DNA of 62,391 nt, taken from IMG/VR virus record IMGVR_UViG_2061766007_001805. The stretch is one strand, 5' to 3'. The notes under the pieces were generated by a model. The model made no database searches, was not told the DNA's origin, and saw only the letters and a program-made list of their open reading frames with translations. Of the stretch, positions 50,453 to 60,688 are shown piece after piece; position 1 is the first letter of the stretch, and each line of letters opens with the position of its first letter. Origin of the DNA: an uncultured virus (IMG/VR IMGVR_UViG_2061766007_001805) (taxonomy: Duplodnaviria; Heunggongvirae; Uroviricota; Caudoviricetes). A program made the position numbers and the translations under genes.

Positions 50453-51966
50453 GTCTATACAGTGTCATTATTTCTACTTTATGTAGATTCTTCGAGTACT
50501 TCGAACAACAAACGGAGTCTATACAGTGTCATTATTTCTACTTTATGTAGATATGATTGTATTTTGTTTAAGTTGTTTCAAGTCTATACAGTGTCATTAT
50601 TTCTACTTAAATGCCTACTTCCGTAGGTTGTAGATTCTGCAAGAAGCCTCTTTACACGATTCGTCTATACAGTGTCATTATTTCTACTTTATGTAGATCC
50701 GCAAACAACACATCTGTACAGACCGAGTATATACAGTGTCATTATTTCTACTTCATGTAGATCAATAAGATCTTCCATAGAGACTGTGGAAGTATATACA
50801 GTGTCATTATTTCTACTTTATGTAGATGAAAACCAAACTTAAAAAATAGAGTATAAAGTATATACAGTGTCATTATTTCTACTTTATGTAGATGAATATC
50901 TCTATGAGAGCCGGTCTATACAGTATCATTATTTCTACTTCATGTAGATCTGTGATATTCGCCTTGTATGGTGAATGTAGTTTATACAGTATAATTATTT
51001 CTACTCAAATGCCTACTTCAGTAGGTTGTAGATGTGGCATTGGTTGCCGTTTTCTGTATGTGTCTATACAGTATCATTATTTCTACTTCATGTAGATATG
51101 AGCAATGACATCACTGTACCAATTAAGTCTATACAGTGTCATTATTTCTACTTCATGTAGATGCAAGTGATATGGTTATCTTGATTTGTGAGTCTATACA
51201 GTGTTATTATTTCTACTTAAATGCCTACTTCCGTAGGTTGTAGATGCAATGTAAAGATTGTATCAGACTCTAACGTCTATACAGTATCATTATTTCTACT
51301 TCATGTAGATATATTGACTTCTCGCAAAACAAATTATGTCTATACAGTGTCATTATTTCTACTTAATGCTCACTTCCGTGGGTGTGTAGATCAGTACGGT
51401 CATGACTTGACAGAAGAAGGTATCCTACAATATCATTATTTCTACTTCATGTAGATTATAATATTATATAGCGTCTATACAGTGTCATTATTTCTACTTA
51501 ATGTAGATAAAAAATGCTAGTATAATTTTCAGAAGAGTCTATACAATATCATTATTTCTACTTAATGCCTATTTCCGTAGGTTGTAGATGTCGTCATTAT
51601 ATCACTCACTCTGGTCTTCAGATCTATATAATATCATTATTTCTACTTCATGTAGATCATTGTCCTTTGATTCCAGCAAGATGACCGAATTCTTTAAGAA
51701 TATATACAACAGTATAATTATTTCTACTTAATGCCTATTTCCGTAGGTATGTAGATGTGGGCACTTATCCTGAGAAAGTAGCGGTGTCTATACAGTGCCA
51801 TTATTTCTACTTCATGTAGATTTCTGCTTTCTTTCCGTTGAATATCCTTTGTATATACAGTATCATTCATTTCTACTTAAATGCCTACTTCTGTAGGTAT
51901 GTAGATATGTAATATTCGCCGCCTTTGTGTGAGAACTCAAGACAATATCATTCGTTTCCACTTAAT
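50453..51966 (+). CRISPR. CRISPR array 1, Cas12a-type repeat GTCTATACAGTGTCATTATTTCTACTTTATGTAGAT; 22 repeats / 21 spacers; 7 long-loop repeat variants
   Basis: 36-nt repeats with mostly 27-30 nt unique spacers; 3' ATTTCTAC-loop-GTAGAT matches the type V-A crRNA handle. Confidence 0.93.
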
Positions 51967-52591
51967 GCTGGCACTACCATAAGTCACGTACTAATGCTTC
52001 CTTCCGTAGATAAGGATACTTAAGGAAATCGGTTACATCTGCTATATAGAACCCCCAGTTCGTAAGGTTATAATGTTTTTTTATCAATTCGAGATTAGAA
52101 ATATTCAAGTCGGTGTTCCTGTTAATCTTAGCTATCTGTTGGGCGATGTTGCTGATGAATCTACAAGCAAAACTATATGAATGGGCTGTCGGGAGATTGA
52201 GAAATATCACCATTCTCAGATTGTTACTGATTTCATTCAAATCCCTATACTTCGTTATCAACTTATAACCATACAGGTCAAATAAATTACAAGATTTGTA
52301 TCTTTCTTTAATACATATATACGAATGTGTCTGCAGAGTAGGCTATGAGTATTCTATTCCGTATACATTGAATATGTATTGAAGTCTCTTGACGATATGT
52401 GATATTCTATCTACCGAGTGCTTGTCTTTTATTTTAACATCAAAACCCAAACAATGACTGTACTTTGACTGCATGTCTATGTACCATTCTTCCGGACTGT
52501 TATACTCATTACCGACAATGTCGTCATCATGAGTTATAATGTCGTCATCGGTCAGTTTCAAATCATCAAAGTAGTCTTCGTTCAATCTCAT
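51962..52591 (-). CDS. MILNE-family paralog, 209 aa (code 15); stop codon lies inside the last CRISPR repeat
   Basis: TAGs at 52343 and 51974; TAA at 51962-51964. Confidence 0.8.
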
Positions 52592-52998
52592 CTGTATATG
52601 GATAAAGTATTTTCATTATTTATTCTTCAGTAGGATGATGCCCGGTAATTTACCATAACTGCGTTAGCTGCTATAAAAACAGCAGTTTATTATGGAAGAC
52701 AAAAAAACGGTCCGGCACTTCAACTACATCTCTTGATAGTGATTTGATGATATTGTTCTATAACAAAACGATTGAATTGTCAGTTAAATAAACTTAAATA
52801 ATTGTGCAATGTTATTGTATTGTGGTTTATTATTCATACCTTTGTAGCATCAAAAGCAATGAACCTCAGTCTCTACATAATTGCTGAATTCAGATAAGAT
52901 AATGAAACTGAATGAGTTAATTAAAAATGTGGAAAATCAGCAGGTAAAAGTTGCTGAAGATGATGTGCTGTTATTCAATTATATAGTGATATATTGGA

Positions 52999-53767
52999 GT
53001 CTATACAGTGTCATTCATTTCTACTAATGTAGATCGGGATTGTCGCCCCATACACGTGATGTAGTCTATACAGTGTCATTCATTTCTACTAATGTAGATA
53101 TTGATGAAATAATAATACAGATTCATGTCTATACAGTGTCATTCATTTCTACTAATGTAGATTGAGAATTCTTAATGAGTTTGCCCTCAAGTCTATACAG
53201 TGTCATTCATTTCTACTAATGTAGATGGTTTGTTAATTATGTCTATACAGTGTCATTATTTCTACTTTATGTAGATACAACGGAATAATCCTTAATGTGA
53301 ATTGTTAAGACAGTGTTATTATTTCTACTTAATACCTACTTCCGTAGGTTGTAGATACCTATTCATCTCCATGTACGTTATTTAGTCAAGACAGTATAAT
53401 TATTTCTACTAATGTAGATGAATTGAATAGTCTATTGATACGTCTATGCAGTATAATTATTTCTACTTAATGCCTACTTCCGTAGGTATGTAGATACAAC
53501 GGAATAATCCATAATGTGAATTGTTAAGACAGTGTTATTATTTCTACTTAATACTTACTTATGTATGTTGTAGATAAGCATCACCTTGAAATCGTGTCTA
53601 TACAGTATCATTATTTCTACTTCATGTAGATGCGGTTATGATAGTCAAATGATGACATTGTCTATACAGTATCATTATTTCTACTTAATGCCTACATCCG
53701 TAGGTTGTAGATTGGTACCACAAAACGCTCATGACACATGTATATACAGTATCATTATTTCCACTTA
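52999..53767 (+). CRISPR. CRISPR array 2, 12 repeats / 11 spacers
   Basis: Repeat GTCTATACAGTGTCATTCATTTCTACTAATGTAGAT and variants, 4 of them long-loop. Confidence 0.92.
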
Positions 53768-54517
53768 TTGCTCAATTCCATAAGTAGTTCTCTGATTCTT
53801 TGCAAATAGACATCCGAGTACACAATCTCTATCGTGCTCATTCAACACTTGCTTGTAGAAACTGTTATAGTCATTGAATGATTTAGCATCACTGCCGTAC
53901 ACATTTATCTCTTCTTCATATGTACTGTAATAATAACCGCCGTCTATGGAAAAGAGGTTTACAAGGAAATCATCACGTTTGAAGATAGTCTTTGTTAGAT
54001 AGTAAAGAAATTTCATTCCCTGCTGTATTGTATTGAAATCAGGCATATTGAAATGCATATAAAGTACATACCAGCGTGATTCATATTCCCCATTAGTTCT
54101 CTTGATTTGAGTATCTTTACATGCAAGGTGTATGTATCCGTAGTCATATATGTTGTAATTCGGTATGGAATGACCATCTATTTCAACCGTGTTGTCATAA
54201 TCTTCTTCATACGTGTCTATCAAGAATAGTTCGGAGTGTTCTATTCCGTATGTGTCGAACAGATTGTATAGCATAGTCTATATCTTCTTTACAGTGACCG
54301 GATTTATATCATGGCTTAACGCTTCACGATTTGAAATTTTGAAATCAATACACAATCTGTCAGTGTAATGTTTCTCACAGTACAGAATATATTCATATCC
54401 GGACTGGAAGTTTTTATGTGATTTAATAAACATATCTTCACCAACAGTGCTGTCTGAAGACGTAATGTCGTCATCAGTCAATTTCAAATCATTAAAGTAG
54501 TCTTCTTTTAATATCAT
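53765..54517 (-). CDS. MILNE-family paralog, 250 aa (code 15); stop codon inside the last repeat
   Basis: One TAG at 54278. Confidence 0.85.
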
Positions 54518-54893
54518 CTGTATATAGATAAAGTGGTTTCATTATTTATTCTCTCTGTATGATGTCCGGTAATTTTCCGTAACTACGCTTCAGGTTAAAA
54601 AACAGCAGTTTATTGTGGAAACATAAAAGAAGCCAGTCCGGTAATTTGGCTACATATATTCTGTAATGAAACAATTGGCTTGTCAGTTAAATAAACTTAA
54701 AATATTATCCAATAATATTATATTGTGATTTTATATTTGTACCTTTGTAACAGCAATAGCAACAAACATCAGTCTATATACATCGGCTGATTAAGCCTAA
54801 GATACTGGGACTGACACAGTTAAGTGTAGAATAATGGAACTGGTGAATAAAAGTTGCTGAATCGAATGTGCTGTTATTCAGTTACTTAGCAGT

Positions 54894-55230
54894 ATTCTGA
54901 CAGTATCATTATTTCTACTTAAATGCCTACTTCCGTAGGTATGTAGATTAAATCTCTGTCTTTTTGCAGAATCTTCTGTCAAGACAGTATCATAATTTCT
55001 ACTTAAATGCTTACATTCGTAGGTCGTAGATACTTACTCGTCGCCATGCACGTCATTTAGTCAAGACAGTATAATTATTTCTACTTAATGTAGATCTTTG
55101 GGCGAACTCATCAAGAAAGCCTTTGTCAAGACCGTATCATTATTTCTACTTAATGTAGATAACAACGTTTAATAAAAACTTCAGTCAAGACAGTATCATT
55201 ATTTCTACTTAATGCCTACTTCCGTAGGTC
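54894..55230 (+). CRISPR. CRISPR mini-array 3, 5 repeats / 4 spacers
   Basis: GTCAAGACAGTATCATTATTTCTACTTAATGTAGAT variants, 3 of them long-loop. Confidence 0.88.
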
Positions 55231-55274
55231 GGAAAACAGTTCTTCAGTTTCATATGATGTTGTCCATGAGTTCA

Positions 55275-55997
55275 TCAATTATCTGATGTGAATTGATCGG
55301 AGATGAACATATTAAGTCTTCTTAGTATGGTTTCATCCGGTGCGATTGAAGTATAGTTCATATATTCTTTTTGGTTTATATGAAAACCGTACTGCGACTC
55401 TGGTTGAAAAATGTTATTAACAACCATCTTATTCGGATCCTGTATATAAAGTGTGTACATATTGAAAATTTTTCTATATGATTCGTTGTTCCATAAACAT
55501 TTCATAATGGCATTGATGAACTTGCATGCTTCTGAATACTTATGTACTTTGGGCAAGTCTAAGAACATCATAACACACATCTCCCATTGTGTGATGCAGT
55601 TGCGTTTGTATTCTTCCATACTATTGTATGGCGTAACGAACTTGTAACCGCGGAAGTCGATAAAGTTACAATGGGCATAATCTTCATCCCTTCTCAAATA
55701 ATAATGCCGTAGTACTGGTTCAGAGTAATCTATTCCGTATACATCGAATATATAGTGAAGCTTCTTGAGAATAGACGGTATCACATTATCCCATATGTAA
55801 TATTGTTTTTCCGATAAGATTTTGTTGCCGTCTTTCTCTAACCTGATAAGCAGACAGTGGCTGTACTTGGATTTCATATCCCTGTACCATTTTTCCGGAT
55901 TCCTGTATTCGACAGCAACAGGCAGGTTGTCTGATGAAGACTCTATGTCATCGTCAGTGATTTTATTGTCATCAAAGAAATCTTCGTTCAATCTCAT
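55275..55997 (-). CDS. MILNE-family paralog, 240 aa
   Basis: Intact ORF; the family C-terminal remnant (KLKNCFP) continues past TGA into the last repeat. Confidence 0.85.
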   Translation of the reverse strand: MRLNEDFFDDNKITDDDIESSSDNLPVAVEYRNPEKWYRDMKSKYSHCLLIRLEKDGNKILSEKQYYIWDNVIPSILKKLHYIFDVYGIDYSEPVLRHYYLRRDEDYAHCNFIDFRGYKFVTPYNSMEEYKRNCITQWEMCVMMFLDLPKVHKYSEACKFINAIMKCLWNNESYRKIFNMYTLYIQDPNKMVVNNIFQPESQYGFHINQKEYMNYTSIAPDETILRRLNMFISDQFTSDN

Positions 55998-56072
55998 CTG
56001 TATATGGATAAAGTAGTTTCATTATTTATTCTTCAGTAAGATGATGTCAGGTACTTCAACTGCATCTCCCTA

Positions 56073-56182
56073 TACCATATTTCCGGATTAGTGCATTCGA
56101 CAGCAGTAGTCTGGTTGTCTGATGAAGACTCAATGCTATCGTCAGTGATTTTATTATCAAATAGGTATTCGTTCAATAACAT
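56073..56182 (-). pseudogene. Degraded 5' fragment of a family gene (copy of the start of 55275-55997)
   Basis: MLLNEYLFDNKITDD-like start with the conserved upstream motif, then breaks off. Confidence 0.7.
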
Positions 56183-56520
56183 CTGTATATGAATAAAATA
56201 TTTTCATTATTTATTTTTCGGTAATATGATATCAGGTACTTCAACCGTATCTCTTGATAGTGAATCGGTGATATTGTTCTGTAATAAAACAATTGGCTTT
56301 AAGAGTTAAATAAACTTAAATACTTGTGTGATGTTATTGCATTGTGGTTTTATATTTGTACTTTTGTATCAGCAAAAGCATCAAGCCTTAGCATCTACAC
56401 AATTGCTTGAGTATGTTTAATATATTAAGACTGAAAGAGTTAATTGGAAATGTGGAAAACTGGTGAGTAAAAGTTGCTGAATAGAGTGTACTGTTATTCA
56501 GTTACTTAGCAGTATTCTGA

Positions 56521-56848
56521 GTCAATATAGTATAATTATTTCTACTTTATGTAAATCGAGAATCCGTTCCAACCACTACGGCGAGTCAAAATAGTATAAT
56601 TATTTCTACTTAATACCTACCTCCATAAGTGTAGGTCGTAGATAGGTCCTCAATGCACTTGTGGTCAGTAATGTCTATACAGTGTTATTATTTCTACTTC
56701 ATGTAGATTATCGATGATAATCATCTTCTATAAGTCTATACAGTATAATTATTTCTACTTAATGCCTACATCCGTAGGTTAGGTATGTAGATGAAAGGTG
56801 ATTGGTGAAGCATATGTACTGTCTATACAATATCATTATTCTTACTTA
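56521..56848 (+). CRISPR. CRISPR mini-array 4, 5 repeats / 4 spacers
   Basis: Same handle; 2 long-loop variants. Confidence 0.85.
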
Positions 56849-57451
56849 AAAGTCTTCTTCAGTAAGATCCACTCTCATTGAATATACTCCGACTGTTTGA
56901 ATTTCCTGAGTTGCATATGACTCAAACTGGTAAACTGGTTCAGTTTCGGAATCAGCACCCATAATGTATGTCACAAGACCTTCAGTGAAATAACTGTCAT
57001 CCGACTTGCTATCACGTAATGCGGATAGTGCGAGAGATGCACTGTGTGGCGGGAAATCTCCAGGGAATACACATCCGAAGAACGGACTATCCGTAACATC
57101 AACTGTTATATCACTGAGACTTGAGTCAGAGAACCAGACGAACAGTGTAGGTGCATTCATATATCCTTCACCGTCATGCTGAAGGATTGTGTACACACCG
57201 TGACACTCTTTTCCGTGTTCTTTGTCTATCAGGACAGATACAGTGCCGTCTTCTTCAGAGTCCTGCTTTACGTACCAGCCTTGAAACTCATACAGCAATA
57301 CAAGTTGTCCCGGATAATTGTCATTTGCCCAGCGACGTACCATGACATTCATTTTGTAAAGCAGGTCATTGAAATCAGCAGTGACCGGTGTGTCATAGTG
57401 CAGTTCAGGTTCATTGTCTGTGCCTAATACAAGATGATTGTTAGCTTCCAT
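56846..57451 (-). CDS. Hypothetical acidic protein, 201 aa (MEANNH...), unrelated to the family; stop codon inside the last repeat of array 4
   Basis: ATG at 57451 after an A-rich leader; the extra 48 aa in the ORF track come from the MITE and UTR. Confidence 0.75.
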   Translation of the reverse strand: MEANNHLVLGTDNEPELHYDTPVTADFNDLLYKMNVMVRRWANDNYPGQLVLLYEFQGWYVKQDSEEDGTVSVLIDKEHGKECHGVYTILQHDGEGYMNAPTLFVWFSDSSLSDITVDVTDSPFFGCVFPGDFPPHSASLALSALRDSKSDDSYFTEGLVTYIMGADSETEPVYQFESYATQEIQTVGVYSMRVDLTEEDF

Positions 57452-57502
57452 TGTGTATAGTATTTTATTTTTGATGTGAATTGATGTAATTGTAAAAAGT
57501 AT

Positions 57503-57715
57503 GGTAATGATATACATGTTGGCACAAAGCCTTGTATATCTTACTGCTTCATATGGTTGCCCTCCACAGTCTTTATCCCACTTACCTATGGGCATTTGAT
57601 ATATGTTTATTTATGAGCGAAGTTACAAAAAAATTCTGAAACCAACAAACATTTTCATAATAAATTATTAATCTAATTATTATGACTAAATTGTGCCAAC
57701 ATATATATTGTTACC
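57503..57715 (-). mobile_element. 213-bp MITE of the TIR-TnpB element (promoter plus putative omegaRNA region, tnpB deleted)
   Basis: TIRs GGTAATGATATACATGTTGGCACA / TGTGCCAACATATATATTGTTACC; 8-bp duplication AAAAGTAT at 57495-57502 and 57716-57723; interior matches 24218-24250 and 25385-25491. Confidence 0.88.
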
Positions 57716-57793
57716 AAAAGTATAACAACATGCTGTTGCTCTTGTCATAGTTCTGCTCTGAAATTTATATCTTGAAGCATTTGTTCTGGCATA

Positions 57794-58561
57794 TTATGAA
57801 GAGAAGCATCTGAATACTATACTGAACAACTCCTATTTGTCAAATACTTCCTGATGTATTGTTTCCAAATCTTTTTCAGGAAAGAACATATTAATCATAA
57901 AAATCACATTCCTATCATCATTAATCACATTCCTATCATCATTGAGATTCCTATGTTTCATATAATAATTATATTCCGAAGAGCTGAATCCATGCATTAA
58001 TGCTTGATAATTATTATCAATGCTCCGAATTTCGAAGTTAGGCACAACTGCTCTGTAATCATCATTAGCTAATATCGTTTTCATTATACTGCCTATAAAC
58101 TGGCATGCTTCCTTATACGAGCGGACTTTTGGTAAATTAAAAAAAATCACTATATATAAATAGTAGCACGGCTGGTCGGGACTGCGCTTAAATTCTTCCA
58201 ATGACTTTCTGAAGGAAATCAATTTATAATCATGTAAATCAATGAAATTGCATGCTCTGTAATTATCACCACAATACATGATGGTATAGTCTTGTATTGT
58301 TGGTTGAGAATACTCTATATCATATACATCCAATACATATTGAAGATTCTTGATCAGATGCGGAACTTTAGTTTTCCAAATATAATCCTTGTGTATGATA
58401 TCACTCTCTTCTATCCTGATGCGGAGAAAGTGACCATACTTGCTCTTCATGTCAGCGAACCATTCTTTCGGATTTGCATATTCGGCAGTGTCACTGTCCG
58501 GAGAAGTGATATCATCATCAGTAATCTCTATCTTATCAAAGTAGTCTTCGTTTAATAGCAT
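57794..58561 (-). CDS. MILNE-family paralog, 255 aa (code 15)
   Basis: TAG at 57833 read through to VFRCF..TAA, as in its neighbour. Confidence 0.85.
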
Positions 58562-58758
58562 TTGTATATGGATAAAGTAGTTTCATTATTTATTCTTTCT
58601 GACTATGATATCCGCCATAACTACGTTACATGTTAAAAAATCTACAGTTTATCACGGATGAAAAAAGCCGGTTTGTTAGTCCGACACTTGATTGGTTCAA
58701 TGATATTGTTCTGTAGTTGCTCTTGTCAGAGTTCTGCTCTGGAGTTTGTACAGTTTGA

Positions 58759-59499
58759 TTACTTTCTGAAGCATCTGAATACCACATCGGTCAAGTTCTC
58801 TTTGCTGTCAAGTAATTCCTGACGTATTGTTTCCGAATATTTTTCAGGATAAAATATATTGATTAAATTGATTACTTCATTAGGGATATTTTGATAGTTT
58901 ATAAAATTCTGTTCCAAAGTGTTGAAGCCATGTATTATCATTTTAGGAGTATCGTCAATACTATGAATGCAGAAAGCAGGCACGAATACTTTGTAATCAT
59001 CATTAGCCAATATCGGTTTTATTATATTGCCTGTGAACTGACATATTTCCTTATATGAGCGGACTTTCGGTAAATTGAAAAACACCACTATATATAAATA
59101 GAAGCGATGTTTGAATTCTTCCAATGACTTTCTGTACGTAATCAATTTATAGTCATAAAAATCAATGAAATTGCATGGTCTGTAATTATCGTCACAATAT
59201 GTACAGTCTTGTATTGTGGGTTGAGAATAGTCTATATCATATACATCCAATACATATTTAAGATTCTTGAGCAGATGTGGGGCTTTGGATTTCCAAATAT
59301 AATCATTATGTATGATATCGATATCACTCCCTTCTATCCTGATGCGGAGAAAGTGTCCGTACCTGCTCTTTATATCGTTGAACCATTCTTCCGTACTTGC
59401 ATATTCGACAGTATCAGTGTATGAAGAATCAATGTCCGGAGAAGTGATATCATCATCAGTAATCTCTATCTTGTCAAAGTAATCTTCGTTTAATAGCAT
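58759..59499 (-). CDS. MILNE-family paralog, 246 aa
   Basis: Intact ORF. Confidence 0.9.
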   Translation of the reverse strand: MLLNEDYFDKIEITDDDITSPDIDSSYTDTVEYASTEEWFNDIKSRYGHFLRIRIEGSDIDIIHNDYIWKSKAPHLLKNLKYVLDVYDIDYSQPTIQDCTYCDDNYRPCNFIDFYDYKLITYRKSLEEFKHRFYLYIVVFFNLPKVRSYKEICQFTGNIIKPILANDDYKVFVPAFCIHSIDDTPKMIIHGFNTLEQNFINYQNIPNEVINLINIFYPEKYSETIRQELLDSKENLTDVVFRCFRK

Positions 59500-59727
59500 T
59501 TGTATATGAATAAAGTATTTTCCTTATTTATTATTGAAAATGTCATATGGTAGTCTAACTGTGTTATCTTGAGTATTATCATATAGTTGTTTTGTTACAG
59601 AACAACCGGTAATATACTCAGCAGATGATGAAGCGTCGGTCTGCTTATGATGTTTGGACTGCCGGACATCATATTACTGGAAAAATGAGTAAAATGCCTA
59701 TTTCCATAAGTCAAGTACTTCCGTAGG

Positions 59728-60465
59728 TCAAGCACCATATATGCTCTATATTACCTGATTGAATTTTTTTGACAATGCTTCTCTTATCGCAAATGGATTA
59801 TGATTCGTAAAAAACATATGAATTAATTCAACCAATTCATTGATTGACATTGTAAGTTGGGGATGCTGATATGTATTGTAAATAATTGCAGAATCAAGGT
59901 ATTTGTCATATTTTTCTGTAAAAAGACATACGTTCAAGTCATTGTAATATTCTCCAAAGAACTCATTCTTCCATAGTTGCTTAGTGATATTGTGGATGAA
60001 CAGGCATGCTGCATTATATGTTTTCAACTTTGGCAAATTAACGAAGTACACTATCTTTATATAAGTGGTTGCAAGATTATACTTACTGAGTTCCGGTATT
60101 GTTTTATACTCTGTAATCACTTTATATTGGTGGAAATCGATGAAATTACAAGATTTGTATTTGTCAAGTATATACCAGGCCGGAGCGTCTTGAATAGTCG
60201 GTTCTGAATAATCCATTCCGTATGTGTCTAAAATGTATTGGAATCTCTTGATAAGCTGCTATATTTGTTGGCTCCATAATCTGTCATCAGTTAGGATTGG
60301 GATGTCTTTCTTCTTTATGTTTATCGACAGGAAACAGTTGTACTTAGTCTATATATTTTTGAACCAGTCTTCCGGACTTGCATACTCGGCAGTATCACTG
60401 TCCGAAGAAGTGATGTCATCATCAGTAATCTCTATCTTGTCAAAGTAGTCTTCGTTTAATAGCAT
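59728..60465 (-). CDS. MILNE-family paralog, 245 aa (code 15)
   Basis: MLLNEDYF start in frame; 3 TAG. Confidence 0.8.
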
Positions 60466-60688
60466 TTGTTGTGTGGCAATACAGTTTCATTATTTATTCT
60501 CTGAGTAGATGCCCGATAATCTTCCATAACTGCATGACAGGTTAAAAAACAGCCGTTTATCACGGATATTCTGATGATCATAAAAAGACCACAACTGGCG
60601 TGCGGAGAGCCGGTATCATCTCCTGTCAGACTATGCTTGTAGTATCTTTAGTGTCATCTAAAAGAAGCAATGTCAATGTCAATCAAGT

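Noticed and set aside
50892..53783. Short ORFs at 50892, 51221 and 53586
   Set aside because: They are translations of CRISPR repeat-spacer units.
50453..56848. Spacers self-targeting genes in this window
   Set aside because: I saw no full-length match by eye, only an 11-nt TGCCGTTTTCT overlap. A computed search is needed to be sure.
57452..57595. N-terminal 48 aa of ORF 56846-57595
   Set aside because: This stretch is MITE and UTR sequence. ATG 57451 is the more plausible start.
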